Shown here piece by piece: positions 30,192-43,200 of a stretch of 64,000 nucleotides of DNA. The notes below the pieces were generated by a model. The model was not told the DNA's origin. It searched no databases and was given only the letters and a program-made list of their open reading frames with translations. How positions within the stretch are numbered: the stretch's first letter is position 1; each line of letters starts with the position of its first letter. The stretch is taken from positions 320,001-384,000 of the forward strand of contig OZ243974.1 in the NCBI GenBank assembly GCA_965214775.1, in the 5' to 3' direction. Source of the stretch: Nitrosopumilus sp. (lineage in GTDB: Archaea; Thermoproteota; Nitrososphaeria; Nitrososphaerales; Nitrosopumilaceae). Made by a program: the position numbers and the translations under genes.

Positions 30192-30736
30192 TAGAAGGAT
30201 TCAGACGAGAATGCAGGTCTCCTCAAGAACCAGGAATAAAGCCCGACAGCAAGCTAGGAGATAAGGACGTCCACGCCAAAATGAAGCACAGAAAGGAAGA
30301 TCTCAGATGTTTGACCCGGCATCCTCCCCTGTAACGTATACGGGATGACATGGAATCCTTGTCGCATAGGAGACAGAGAACCGCAGCAGACTGATGCGCA
30401 GTTTCAGAAAGGCATAATCTGCCCGCATGAGGTTCTCGGGTCTGTGCAAGGCAACAGATGGAGCCTCGAGGTGCTAGGCATGCTCAAGTGCGCCGCAAAT
30501 CCCTGTATGCCGGCGGAGGCGGCATGAAGCGAATTAGGAAACAACCCTCCTCCCCTCCCATCATACACAGTGGCAATTGAAAGGTCTTTGATCATCAAAA
30601 GCCGTCTTCCTGCATGTTCACACCCATGTGTGTTCAGGAACTTTTAATCGTCCGTGCGGCAGGTCTTGTATGCATGATCGGCGTGCAACCACCATAACAT
30701 TTCAATCCGGGGGATTACACACAAGGCCTGATCCGG

Positions 30737-30961
30737 TTATCGGCGCTTTAGTATTTTTTTAGCAATTACTTTTTTCTTGGGACTGACCTTTACTTTGTAA
30801 ACAACGATGTATTTAGTCATTGGAACGTCGTTTCTCATACTCATTTCGTGTACGGTAATTCCAGATTTTTCTAATTTTTCTAAACTTTTGACAGTTGTTT
30901 TGATGTTTTGTGCCACACGCTTGTAAGTAACAGGATCTTTTGATTCTCTTAGGTATTCCAT
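30737..30961 (-). CDS. small basic hypothetical protein (possibly the 3' part of a frameshifted gene starting near 31121)
   Basis: AT-rich 74-aa ORF; an upstream frame from about 31121 ends just before it. Confidence 0.4.
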   Translation of the reverse strand: MEYLRESKDPVTYKRVAQNIKTTVKSLEKLEKSGITVHEMSMRNDVPMTKYIVVYKVKVSPKKKVIAKKILKRR

Positions 30962-31173
30962 GTGTTCATTAAAAGTCTGGAAAGGGAGACTTGGAAGGTC
31001 ATTGTAGTCGTTTTAGAATTGCCGCTACTGCCATATCAGCGTTTTGATAGGTGCATACAATTACGTCTTCCCCTTTTTGTTTTCTTCCTAAACCATGTTT
31101 GACTTTCGAAATTGTAGTCATCTATAACTCACCAATTATAGTGTGTTAATTAAACTTATTTTTGTTTCGATCA

Positions 31174-31283
31174 GTAGCAGGTCGGACTCTGGAGGTTCGG
31201 GCGTGAGTTTTGCCACCTCGGAGGCCTCTCCCAGGCAGATTCGTGCCCGGAGTCAGGAAGGCTTCCAGAGTCCGACCTGCTAC
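31174..31283. mobile_element. MITE family D copy
   Basis: TIR gtagcaggtcggactctgga / tccagagtccgacctgctac; contains the TAG of the giant gene. Confidence 0.9.
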
Positions 31284-34200
31284 CATTTTGCCGATTTCGA
31301 ATCGGTCCTTCTCGGCAGCAGCAGCGGCAGTAGCAGCCGCCTTGCAGCGACGATGGCGGCCGCAGGGGCTGCCACGTACATGCCCACGTTCAGGGCGATG
31401 ACCGAGGCGCCTAGCGCCAGTACGGATGACTCGGAGCCCTCCCCTGCAAACGACATTATCGACAGTGTCAAGATCATCGGCGTTATGGCAATCCTTACGG
31501 CATCGCGAAACTCTGGACTCTGGCGCTCCAAGTCGGCTACCGCGGGCGAGAACAAATAGTATACGGAATTGAATCCGGCAACGAATGAGGCACCCGAGTC
31601 AGTCGAGAACAGCACGCCGTCGCGTATCTCCCTGAGTGCCTGTACTTGTGGTGCCAGCTCGGTGCCGTATGCGGCAGTCGCTATCAGGCATGCGCCACCC
31701 GGCTCAGACTCGAGCACTGGCTCAGGCTCTGGCTCTGGTTCGGGCTCTGGTTCGGGCTCTGGCTCAGACTCGGGTTCGGGCTCCTCCGCCGGCGGCGGTA
31801 CCTGCGGATCTGCTGCCGGCGCCGGCGGTCTCATCGCATCATCATGAGCCGCATCACGCTGCTGCTGCATGACTGCCTGCCTGCCGGCATTATCTACAAG
31901 CGCGGACGGCGGAAGTTCATAGTACGTGCGCTTGCCTGCGCATGCGTCCATGACTATCGACTGATGATCAGAGGTGACGGTCCCTTCAAATGGCATGATT
32001 GCGCTGACGCCGACGTATGATGTGCCGGTCTGGCGCATCGGTGCCGTAAACGTCATGTACCAGTCAGTCGCCTCGCCCGTGGCTGCAGCCCGGGTTACGC
32101 CGTCCCCGGCGGTGCGCACCGAGACCCAGAGGCTGTCGGAGACGGGTCCGGCGTCGATTGTTACGAGTCCGGCAGAACAGTCCCACGATATTGAGGCTAT
32201 GTATGCGGGATCCACGAATTTTCCCCGGCCGGTGTGGTTGAAGTGTTGGCCTACGCTACCTTCTCCGGTACCTCCTTGATCGCCTATGGGACTCCTGTTG
32301 TCGTTGCCGTCGTCGTCGTTGTCATCATCATCGCCGGCTCGGATAAGCTCGGTGAGTATGATCGGGTTGTCCGGCGATTCCTCTATCGGGTTGCCCAGTA
32401 TGTCCGATACTGCGGCGGTGGAGATGTCCAGCTGCGGCGTGCCCATCGGGATCACCCGATTTAGTTGTGACTCGACAAGCGTGAGCGAAAGGGTCTCGAC
32501 ATCGGCTGACGAAAAGTCCATCTCGGCACCATCAAGCAGCACGGTGTTTGTCTGGCCCTCGTCGCTGACATACAGCAACGACAGGTTGGTGGCAGAAACG
32601 TCTACCGTCTCGCTGAAGGCGATAGTCATGGCGCCCGTGTTCTCATCAAGTGTAGCCGAGGAAAAGGCGGGCCTGTCGTTCTCGATGAGCGCTATCGGGT
32701 TGTCCGGCGACTCATCTATCGGGATGCCCAGCAGATCCGATACTGCGCCGGTGGAGATGTCCAGCTGCGGCGTGCCCATCGGGATCACATGACGCAGCTG
32801 GGAGCCGGCAAGGGTAAGGGAGAGGGTCTCGACATCGGCTGACGAAAAGTCCATCTCGGCACCATCAAGTGGGATCGTATTTGTCTGGTTCTCGTCACTA
32901 ATGTACAGCAGCGACAGACCGGTTGCCGATATGTCAACGGTCTCGCTGAAGGTGACTGTCATGGCGCCCGTGTTCTCATCAAGGGTCGCCGATGTAAAGG
33001 TAAGAGGCGGTAATCTGTCGCTGACATGTACGATCCTGGTCACCTGATCCGGCTCGTTGCCTGCAGCATCTGCCGGCGCAGTATAGGTTACGGTGTATGT
33101 ATTTACCGAGTCGACGTCTACCGTGTCGCCTCCGACGGTGGCCTCGGTGGTGGAGTACGCGCGATCGTTGTCAGATACGGTGGCGCCCTGCTCGGTGTAG
33201 GTGCCTCCAAGCTCGACTGTGACGTTCTGGTCGCCTGTAAGAGTGATGACGGGTTTTGTTGTGTCGCGCACCTGAACCGTCCTGGAGGCCATGCCCTTGT
33301 TGCCCTCCCCGTCAGTGGCGCTGAAGTTTACGATATAGTCGCCTTTCACGTAGACGTCGACTGCCGTGGAATTGATGATCACTGTAGAGCCGTCGTCTGC
33401 CGTGGCGCCCGGATCCGTGTAGGGACTGTCGCCCATCTCGTGGGCCAGCGGGTTGTCGCCGTCAAGCGTGATTATAGGGGCGTTTGTATCCTGGACTATG
33501 ACGGTGCGGGTCACCGTATCGGGGACGTTGCCTGCAGCGTCCGCAGGCGCCGAGTATGTTATCGTGTAGGTGGCCACCGAACCGGTGTCGACTGCGCCGG
33601 ACGGGGTTGCGGTCCCGGCGTACAGGCGATCGTTGTCAGTCACCGTGGCGCCTTGCTCCGTGTATGTGTCGCCCTTTTCGATCGTGATGTTCTGGTCCCC
33701 GGTAATCTCGATGACCGGCTTTGTGGTGTCGCGCACCTGAACCGTCCTGGAGGCCATGCCCTTGTTGCCCTCCCCGTCAGTGGCGCTGAAGTTTACGACA
33801 TAGTCGCCGTGCACGTAGACGTCGACTGCCGTGGAATTGATGATCACTGTAGAGCCGTCGTCTGCCGTGGCGCCCGGATCCACGTACGGGGAGTCGCCCA
33901 TCTCGTGCTCAAGCGGGTTGGCGCCATTAAGGGTGATTATAGGGGCGTTTGTATCCTGGACTATGACGGTGCGGGTCACCGTATTGGGTATGTTGCCCGC
34001 GCCGTCTGCAGGCGCCGTATAGGTTACGGCGTATCTTCCCACGGAACCGGTGTCGACGGTGGCGCCCCCGACTGCCGCCTCGGTGGTCGTGTACGCCGGG
34101 TCGTTGTCAGATACCGTGGCGCCCTGCTCGGTGTACGTGCCGCCCTTTTCGATCGTGATGTTCTGGTCGCCTGTAAGAGTAATGACGGGCTTTGTGGTGT

Positions 34201-37200
34201 CCTGCACCTTCACGGCCCGGGTGGCCGTCGCCGTGTTGCTTGACGGATCGGTGGCAGTGTAGGTGACGGTATAGTCGCCGGACCGGCCGGCGTCCACGCC
34301 GGCAGAGTCGTTTGTCACAGTCCCGTCGTAGAGCGGATCGTTGTCGGTGGCAGTGGCGCCGGCGTCCGTGTAGTCGTCTCCCAGCTCGACTGTGGCCGGA
34401 TCATCGCCGGCTACGGAGATGACCGGCTTCGTGGTGTCGCGCACCTGCACGGTCCTGGAGGCCATGCCCTTGTTGCCCTCCCCGTCAGTGGCGCTGAAGT
34501 TTACGATATAGTCGCCTTTCACGTAGACGTCGACTGCCGTGGAATTGATGATCACTGTAGAGCCGTCGTCTGCCGTGGCGCCCGGATCCGTGTAGGGACT
34601 GTCGCCCATCTCGTGGGCCAGCGGGTTGTCGCCGTCAAGCGTGATTATAGGGGCGTTTGTATCCTGGACTATGACGGTGCGGGTCACCGTATCGGGGACG
34701 TTGCCTGCAGCGTCCGCAGGCGCCGAGTATGTTATCGTGTAGGTGGCCACCGAACCGGTGTCGACTGCGCCGGACGGGGTTGCGGTCCCGGCGTACAGGC
34801 GATCGTTGTCAGTCACCGTGGCGCCTTGCTCCGTGTATGTGTCGCCCTTTTCGATCGTGATGTTCTGGTCCCCGGTAATCTCGATGACCGGCTTTGTGGT
34901 GTCGCGCACCTGAACCGTCCTGGAGGCCATGCCCTTGTTGCCCTCCCCGTCAGTGGCGCTGAAGTTTACGACATAGTCGCCGTGCACGTAGACGTCGACT
35001 GCCGTGGAATTGATTGTCACGGCAGAGCCATCATCTGTAGTGGCGCCCGGATCCGTGTACGGGGAGTCGCCCATCTCGTGCTCAAGAGGGTTGTCGCCGT
35101 CAAGCGTGATTATAGGGGCGTTCGTATCCTGGACTATGACGGTTCTAGTCACAGTATCGGGGACGTTGCCCGCCTCGTCTGCCGGCGCGGTATAGGTTAC
35201 GGCGTATCTTCCCACGGAACCGGTGTCGACGGTGGCGCCCCCGACTGCCGCCTCGGTGGTCGTGTACGCCGGGTCGTTGTCAGATACCGTGGCGCCCTGC
35301 TCGGTGTACGTGCCGCCCTTTTCGATCGTGATGTTCTGGTCGCCTGTAAGAGTGATGACGGGCTTTGTGGTGTCCTGCACCTTCACGGCCCGGGTGGCCG
35401 TCGCCGTGTTGCTTGACGGATCGGTGGCAGTGTAGGTGACGGTATAGTCGCCGGACTGGTCGGCGTCCACGTTGACAGAGTCGTCTGTCACAGTCCCGTC
35501 GTAGAGCGGATCGTTGTCGGTGGCAGTGGCGCCGGCGTCCGTATAGTCGTCTCCCAGCTCGACTGTGGCCGGATCATCGCCGGCTACGGAGATAGTCGGC
35601 GGCGTCGTGTCGCGCACCTGCACGGTCCTGGAGGCCATGCCCTCGTTGCCCTCCCCGTCGGTGGCGCTGAAGTTTACGACATAGTCGCCGTGCACGTAGA
35701 CGTCGACTGCCGTGGAATTGATGATCACTGCAGAGCCATCATCTGTAGTGGCGCCCGGATCCGTGTACGGGGAGTCGCCCATCTCGTGCTCAAGAGGGTT
35801 GTCGCCATTAAGGGTGATTATAGGGGCGTTCGTATCCTGGACTATGACGGTTCTAGTCACAGTATCGGGGACGTTGCCCGCCTCGTCTGCCGGCGCGGTA
35901 TAGGTTACGGCGTATCTTCCCACGGAACCGGTGTCGACGGTGGCGCCCCCGACTGCCGCCTCGGTGGTCGTGTACGCCGGGTCGTTGTCAGATACCGTGG
36001 CGCCCTGCTCGGTGTACGTGCCGCCCTTTTCGATCGTGATGTTCTGGTCGCCTGTAAGAGTGATGACGGGCTTTGTGGTGTCCTGCACCTTCACGGCCCG
36101 GGTGGCCGTCGCCGTGTTGCTTGACGGATCGGTGGCAGTGTAGGTGACGGTATAGTCGCCGGACTGGTCGGCGTCCACGTTGACAGAGTCGTTTGTCACA
36201 GTCCCGTCGTAGAGCGGATCGTTGTCGGTGGCAGTGGCGCCGGCGTCCGTATAGTCGTCTCCCAGCTCGACTGTGGCCGGATCATCGCCGGCTACGGAGA
36301 TAGTCGGCGGCGTCGTGTCGCGCACCTGCACGGTCCTGGAGGCCATGCCCTCGTTGCCCTCCCCGTCGGTGGCGCTGAAGTTTACGACATAGTCGCCGTG
36401 CACGTAGACGTCGACTGCCGTGGAATTGATGATCACTGCAGAGCCATCATCTGTAGTGGCGCCCGGATCCGTGTACGGGGAGTCGCCCATCTCGTGCTCA
36501 AGAGGGTTGTCGCCGTCAAGCGTGATTATAGGGGCGTTCGTATCCTGGACTATGACGGTTCTAGTCACCGTATCGGGGACGTTGCCTGCAGCGTCTGCCG
36601 GCGCGGTATAGGTTACGGCGTATCTTCCCACGGAACCGGTGTCGACGGTGGCGCCCCCGACTGCCGCCTCGGTGGTCGTGTACGCCGGGTCGTTGTCAGA
36701 TACCGTGGCGCCCTGCTCGGTGTACGTGCCGCCCTTTTCGATCGTGATGTTCTGGTCGCCTGTAAGAGTGATGACGGGCTTTGTGGTGTCCTGCACCTTC
36801 ACGGCCCGGGTGGCCGTCGCCGTGTTGCTTGACGGATCGGTGGCAGTGTAGGTGACGGTATAGTCGCCGGACTGGTCGGCGTCCACGTTGACAGAGTCGT
36901 TTGTCACAGTCCCGTCGTAGAGCGGATCGTTGTCGGTGGCAGTGGCGCCGGCGTCCGTATAGTCGTCTCCCAGCTCGACTGTGGCCGGATCATCGCCGGC
37001 TACGGAGATAGTCGGCGGCGTCGTGTCGCGCACCTGCACGGTCCTGGAGGCCATGCCCTCGTTGCCCTCCCCGTCGGTGGCGCTGAAGTTTACGACATAG
37101 TCGCCGTGCACGTAGACGTCGACTGCCGTGGAATTGATGATCACTGCAGAGCCATCATCTGTAGTGGCGCCCGGATCCGTGTACGGGGAGTCGCCCATCT

Positions 37201-40200
37201 CGTGCTCAAGAGGGTTGTCGCCGTCAAGCGTGATTATAGGGGCGTTCGTATCCTGGACTATGACGGTTCTAGTCACCGTATCGGGGACGTTGCCTGCAGC
37301 GTCTGCCGGCGCGGTATAGGTTACGGCGTATCTTCCCACGGAACCGGTGTCGACGGTGGCGCCCCCGACTGCCGCCTCGGTGGTCGTGTACGCCGGGTCG
37401 TTGTCAGATACCGTGGCGCCCTGCTCGGTGTACGTGCCGCCCTTTTCGATCGTGATGTTCTGGTCGCCTGTAAGAGTGATGACGGGCTTTGTGGTGTCCT
37501 GCACCTTCACGGCCCGGGTGGCCGTCGCCGTGTTGCTTGACGGATCGGTGGCAGTGTAGGTGACGGTATAGTCGCCGGACTGGTCGGCGTCCACGTTGAC
37601 AGAGTCGTTTGTCACAGTCCCGTCGTAGAGCGGATCGTTGTCGGTGGCAGTGGCGCCGGCGTCCGTATAGTCGTCTCCCAGCTCGACTGTGGCCGGATCA
37701 TCGCCGGCTACGGAGATAGTCGGCGGCGTCGTGTCGCGCACCTGCACGGTCCTGGAGGCCATGCCCTCGTTGCCCTCCCCGTCGGTGGCCTTGAATGTTA
37801 CGACATAGTCGCCGTGCACGTAGACGTCGACTGCCGTGGAATTGATTGTCACGGCAGAGCCATCATCTGTAGTGGCGCCCGGATCCGTGTACGGGGAGTC
37901 GCCCAGCTCGTGGCGCAGCGGGTTGGGTGGGTTGAGGTTTATGACAGGGGCAGTCATGTCGCTGACTGTGACTGTCCTGGTAACAGAATCGGGCATGTGG
38001 CCTGCGGCGTCTGCCGGGGCCGTGTAGGACACGACATAGGTTCCCAGCGAGTTTACGTCGACGGTGTCGCCGCCGACTGTCGCCTCGGTGGTCGTGTACG
38101 CAGGATCGTTGTCAGACACCGTGGCGCCCTGCTCGGTGTAGGTGCCGGTGCCCAGCTCGATCGTCATGGTCGCGGCCCCGTTTAGCGTAATGACCGGCTT
38201 CGTGGTGTCCTCGACGGTCACCGTCCTGTCCACGTCATCGGGCTCGTTGTTTGCGGCGTCTGCCGGGGCCGTGTAGGTTACCGTGTAGGTGCCCGCTGCG
38301 TTTGTGTTGACCGTGTCTCCCCCGACGGTCGCCTTGGTGGTTCCGTACGCCGGGTCGTTGTCGGAGACGGCGGCGCCCTGCTCTGTATACGTACCGGTGC
38401 CCAGCTCGACTGTCATAGTCGCGTTTCCTTTTAGTGTAATGACGGGGCTCGTGGTGTCGCGCACCTCGACTGTTCTGGTGGCAGTGCCGGTGTTGCTGCT
38501 CCCGTCAGTCGCGCTGAATCTGACAGTATAGTCTCCGCTCACGTTGACGTCGACGTCGGAGTCGTCGATGGTTACGTCCGAGTTGTCGCTTGCAGTGGCG
38601 CCCGGATCCACGTACGGGGAGTCGCCCAGCTCGTGGCGCAGCGGGTTGGGTGGGTTGAGGTTTATGACAGGGGCAGTCATGTCGCTGACTGTGACTGTCC
38701 TGGTAACAGAATCGGGCATGTGGCCTGCGGCGTCTGCCGGGGCCGTGTAGGACACGACATAGGTTCCCAGCGAGTTTACGTCGACGGTGTCGCCGCCGAC
38801 TGTCGCCTCGGTGGTCGTGTACGCAGGATCGTTGTCAGACACCGTGGCGCCCTGCTCGGTGTAGGTGCCGGTGCCCAGCTCGATCGTCATGGTCGCGGCC
38901 CCGTTTAGCGTAATGACCGGCTTCGTGGTGTCCTCGACGGTCACCGTCCTAGTCACGGGAACCGGCACGTTGCCTGCCGCGTCGGCCGGCGCCGTATAGG
39001 TTACGGCATAGTCCCCCTTGACGTCTGCGTTCACCGCTCCGGTGGCGGTTGCCGTCCCGTCATACGCAGGGTCGTTGTCAGTCACCACGGCACCCGGATC
39101 CTCATACTCGTCTCCCAGCTCGTGGGCCAGCGGATCAGAACCGTTGGGCGTGATCACCGGCGGCGTCGTGTCGCGCACCAGGACCGTCCTTTCGACGATC
39201 CTGGTGTTGCCGTGCGCGTCCGTGGCCGTATACGTCACGGCATAATCGCCCCGCTTGCTGACGTCTACGTCCGAGTGGTCTATGATCACCGGCGCGTCGT
39301 ACGCGGGATCGCTGTACAGTACCGTCGCGCCCGGATCCTTATATGGAGTCCCGAGCTCATGGGTCAGCGGGTCGTCGCCGACAAGCATGATTATCGGCCT
39401 TGCGTGAACGTTGGTGACCAGCTTCCACACCTGGATCCCGTCCTCGCCGGAGGAGACCGTCACCGCGTACGCGTTGCCGCGAAGCTCAAATGCGTCCACG
39501 CCGCGGGTGTCCCGAAGTAGATCGTCCTCGCCGGCCAAAAGATCTCCCGCAAAGACAGGAATGTCCGGATTCGATATGTCGATTAGTCTCAGTCTGTCGT
39601 CAGAGCCCGACGCTATGACCCCGTATGTCGTGCCGCCTATCTCGAATATGTCCAGATCGCGGTTGTCTGCGCGTATCAGTGGGGCGATGCCGCCCTCGTA
39701 CCTCAGCTGCCCGGCAGGCTGCAGATTCCGCGGGTCGGTAATGTCGACAATCTGGAGGCCCGCGCCGAGAAGCGAGGTTATGGCCGCGTAGGTGTTGTCG
39801 CCGGACTCGAAGATGTCCACGTCACGGGTGTCCTCAAGCAGCAGTTCGTCGGTATCCGTCAGAGTTCCAAGGACCGTCGGGCTCATGGGGTCGGTGACAT
39901 CGAAGATCACGATGTCATATGTTGTAGGCTGTACGAGTATGGAGGATCTGGTAACGATCCCGTACGTGTTCTGTCCCTTCTTGTACGTATCGACCGCGAT
40001 GGGGCTGATGCCACGCCAGTCGGTCTCAGGCCCGCCCAGATGGCCTGCCGCCGTGATGTTGGCAGGGTTCGTGATGTTCAGTACCTGCAGGCCGTTCTCC
40101 TTGAATGCGGTGACTATCGCGTAGGTAAGGTCGCCTATCCTGAAGATGTCCACGGTCCTGCTGTCGGTGAGCAGCGTGGGATTGGGTTCGGTTCTGTCCT

Positions 40201-43200
40201 CGAAGGATCCCGCGGGCAGGGGGTCGGTGGGATCGGTGATGTCTACCAGCTGGAGGCCGTGATTCTCCATTTCGGATGCTACGGTGGCCGCATATATCCT
40301 GTCTTTCAGCATGAAGATGTCGATGTCGCGCACGCCCTCAAGCAGCAGATCTTCGTTGTCTGATATCCGGCCTGCCGGGATCGGGGCGTCCGGGTCCGTG
40401 ACGTCGACTATCTGGAGGAAGGACTCGCTGTCGGAGGTCGCTACCGCGTATGTGCCCCCGCCCGTCTCATAGGTGTCCACCGCGTAGGCGGAGCCAAGAT
40501 GCAGGCCCGGATCGGTGCTCAGACTCCCCCTGGGAATTGGGCTGGCGGGGATCGCGATGTCTACGATCTGGATGCCGTTCTCTTCCCTAGAGATCACTAT
40601 CGCGTGGACGGAGCCGTCTAGCTCGAACGTACGCACTACGTTGGCGTCTTTAAGTAGTGTGTATTCCGTGTCAGGCAGGAATCCTGCTGCGAGCGGCATC
40701 TTCGGATCGGTGATGTCGACCAGCTGGAGGCCGTGATCGCTTGAGGATGCCACGGCCGCGTAGGTGCTGCCGCCTATCTGAAACGTGTCAACGTCCGACG
40801 CACCGCCAAGCAGCAGTTCGCCGGTGTCTGCAAGCTGCCCTACAGCCGCAGGATTGTCAGGAGTGGTGACGTTGATTATCTGAAGGCGGCCCGGAGTGGA
40901 TATGGATGTCACGGCCGCGTAGGTGCTGCCGTCCGCCTCAAAGACGTTCACGCCGGTGGAGTACAGGAGAGGCACCTCGCTGGTGTGCAGCACGCGTCCG
41001 GCATTTTCAGGAGTATCAGGATCGGTGATGTCGACCAGCTGTAGGCCGCCTTCGTCTAAGGAGGTCACGGCCGCGTAGGTGCTGCCGCCTATCTGAAACG
41101 TGTCCACGTCCGACGCACCGCCAAGCTGCAGGTCGTCGCTGTCTGCAAGCTTGCCGGCAGCTGTAGGGCTACCCGGATCGGTGATGTCGACTATCTGGAG
41201 GCCGCCTGCTCCGAATGAGATCACGGCCGCGTAGGTGCTGCCGCCTATGGCAAATGTGTCAACGTCGACGACATCATCAAGCAGCAGGTCGTCGCTGTCT
41301 GTAAGATTGCCGGCAGCTGTAGGGCTACCCGGATCGGTGATGTCGACTATCTGGAGGCCATCTTCTTTATTGGATGTCACGGCTGCGTAAATGTTGTTGT
41401 CTATCCTGAATGTGTCGACTCCGTGCGCCTCGCCCAGCAACACGCTGTCGTCTTCTGCAAGTTGTCCTTCTATTATGGGCCTGTTCGCGTTGTTAACGTT
41501 GACAATCTGGAGGCCTCCGCTCTTGTCGGAGGTCACCGCCGCGTACTTGCCCCCTCCTGTCTCAAATACGGCAACATCCTTTGCAGACTCGAGCAGCATG
41601 AACGAGTCGTTCGTGATGTCCGCCGTCGTCACCGTGTTGAGTACCACCGTGACGGGGTTGTCAGCCGACTCGCTTATGGCGTTTCCAACGACGTCGTATA
41701 CCGCGCCGGCCCCTATGTCGATCTGCGGGGTGCCCATGCGGATCACCAGCAGGCGCTGGAGCTCGTCAAGCTCCAGCGATATCGTCTCCGGGCGGCTCTC
41801 GTCAGATACCTGGACGGCATCATCCAGCGAGACCTCGCTGTCCTGTCCCGTCTCGCTCACGTGTAGCAGGGCCAGGTCCGTCCGGGAGCCGTCCAGTGGC
41901 TCGCTGAACGTGATCGACAGCACGCCCTCGTTCTGGTCAAAAAAGGCCGACACGAACGCCGGACCCAACGTATCCCGCGCGTGCAGCTTGACAATCTGGA
42001 GGCCGCCGTCGACTCCGGATGTAACTGCCGCGTAGACGGATCCGTCCAGCTCGAACATATCCACGCGGTTTGCGCCTCCAAGCAGCGTGTCTATCGTGTC
42101 AGTCAGGACTCCTGCTGTGGCCGGCTTCCTCGGATTGCTGATGTCGACTACCCGGAGACCGTCGTCGGCGGGGGAGGTCACGACAGCGTAGACGGATCCG
42201 TCTATCCGAAACGTGTCCACGTCCTGCGCGTCGTCAAGCGACAGCGGGTCACCGTCCGCTAGGCTTCCGACGACGGCCGGACTGGCCGGGTTCGTGACAT
42301 CGATTATGACAAGGTTGTCATCGGATGCTGATACAGCTACCGCGTACGTCCTGCCATCCGCCTCAAAGATGTCCATTCCCTTGAGAACCGACAGCAGCTG
42401 GTCAGGAGTGGAGGGCGGCACCTGTCCGGCCGCTGTCGGGTTGTCAGGATCGGTGACATCAATTATCTGGAGGCCGCCTTCAGTAAGGGATGTCACGGCC
42501 GCGTATGTGTTGCTGCCTATCCGAAACGTGTCCACGTCATAGGCGCCGCCAAGCAGCAGCTCGTCCTCACCCGGCGGGTCTGTAGGCTCTGTGTCTTCAA
42601 GCTGCCCGGCCGCTGTCGGGTTGTCAGGATCGGTGACATCAATTATCTGGAGGCCGCGGCTCTCAAGGGAGATCACGGCCGCGTATGTGTTGCTGCCTAT
42701 CCGAAACGTGTCCACGTCCCACGCGCGTTCAAGATACAGGGAGCCGTCCTCTATGCTTCCGGCGGCGGCCGGACTGGCCGGGTCCGTGACGTCGACCAGC
42801 TGGAGACCGTCCTCGCCGCGCGAGGTCACCGCCGCGTACGTCCTGCCGTCGGCCTCGAAGATGTCCACACCGAGTGCGCCGCCAAGCAGGATCTGCTCGT
42901 TGTCCTGCAGGCCTCCCGCGGGTACCGGATGCGCGGGATCGGTGATGTCGACCAGCTGGAGACCGCCCTCCACGCGCGAGGTCACCGCCGCGTACGTCCT
43001 GCCGTCGGCCTCGAAGACGTCCACGTGATCGGTTTTGCGTAGCAGCAGGTCGCCGCCGTCGGCCAGGCTTCCGGATGGCTCCGGATGATCCGGGCCGACG
43101 TACGCCACGGGGTTGTCTGCCGACTCGTCTATGGCGTTTCCGGCAAGGTCCCTGACGGCACCGGTGGCTATATCGATCTGCGGTTCGGTCATGGCGATCA

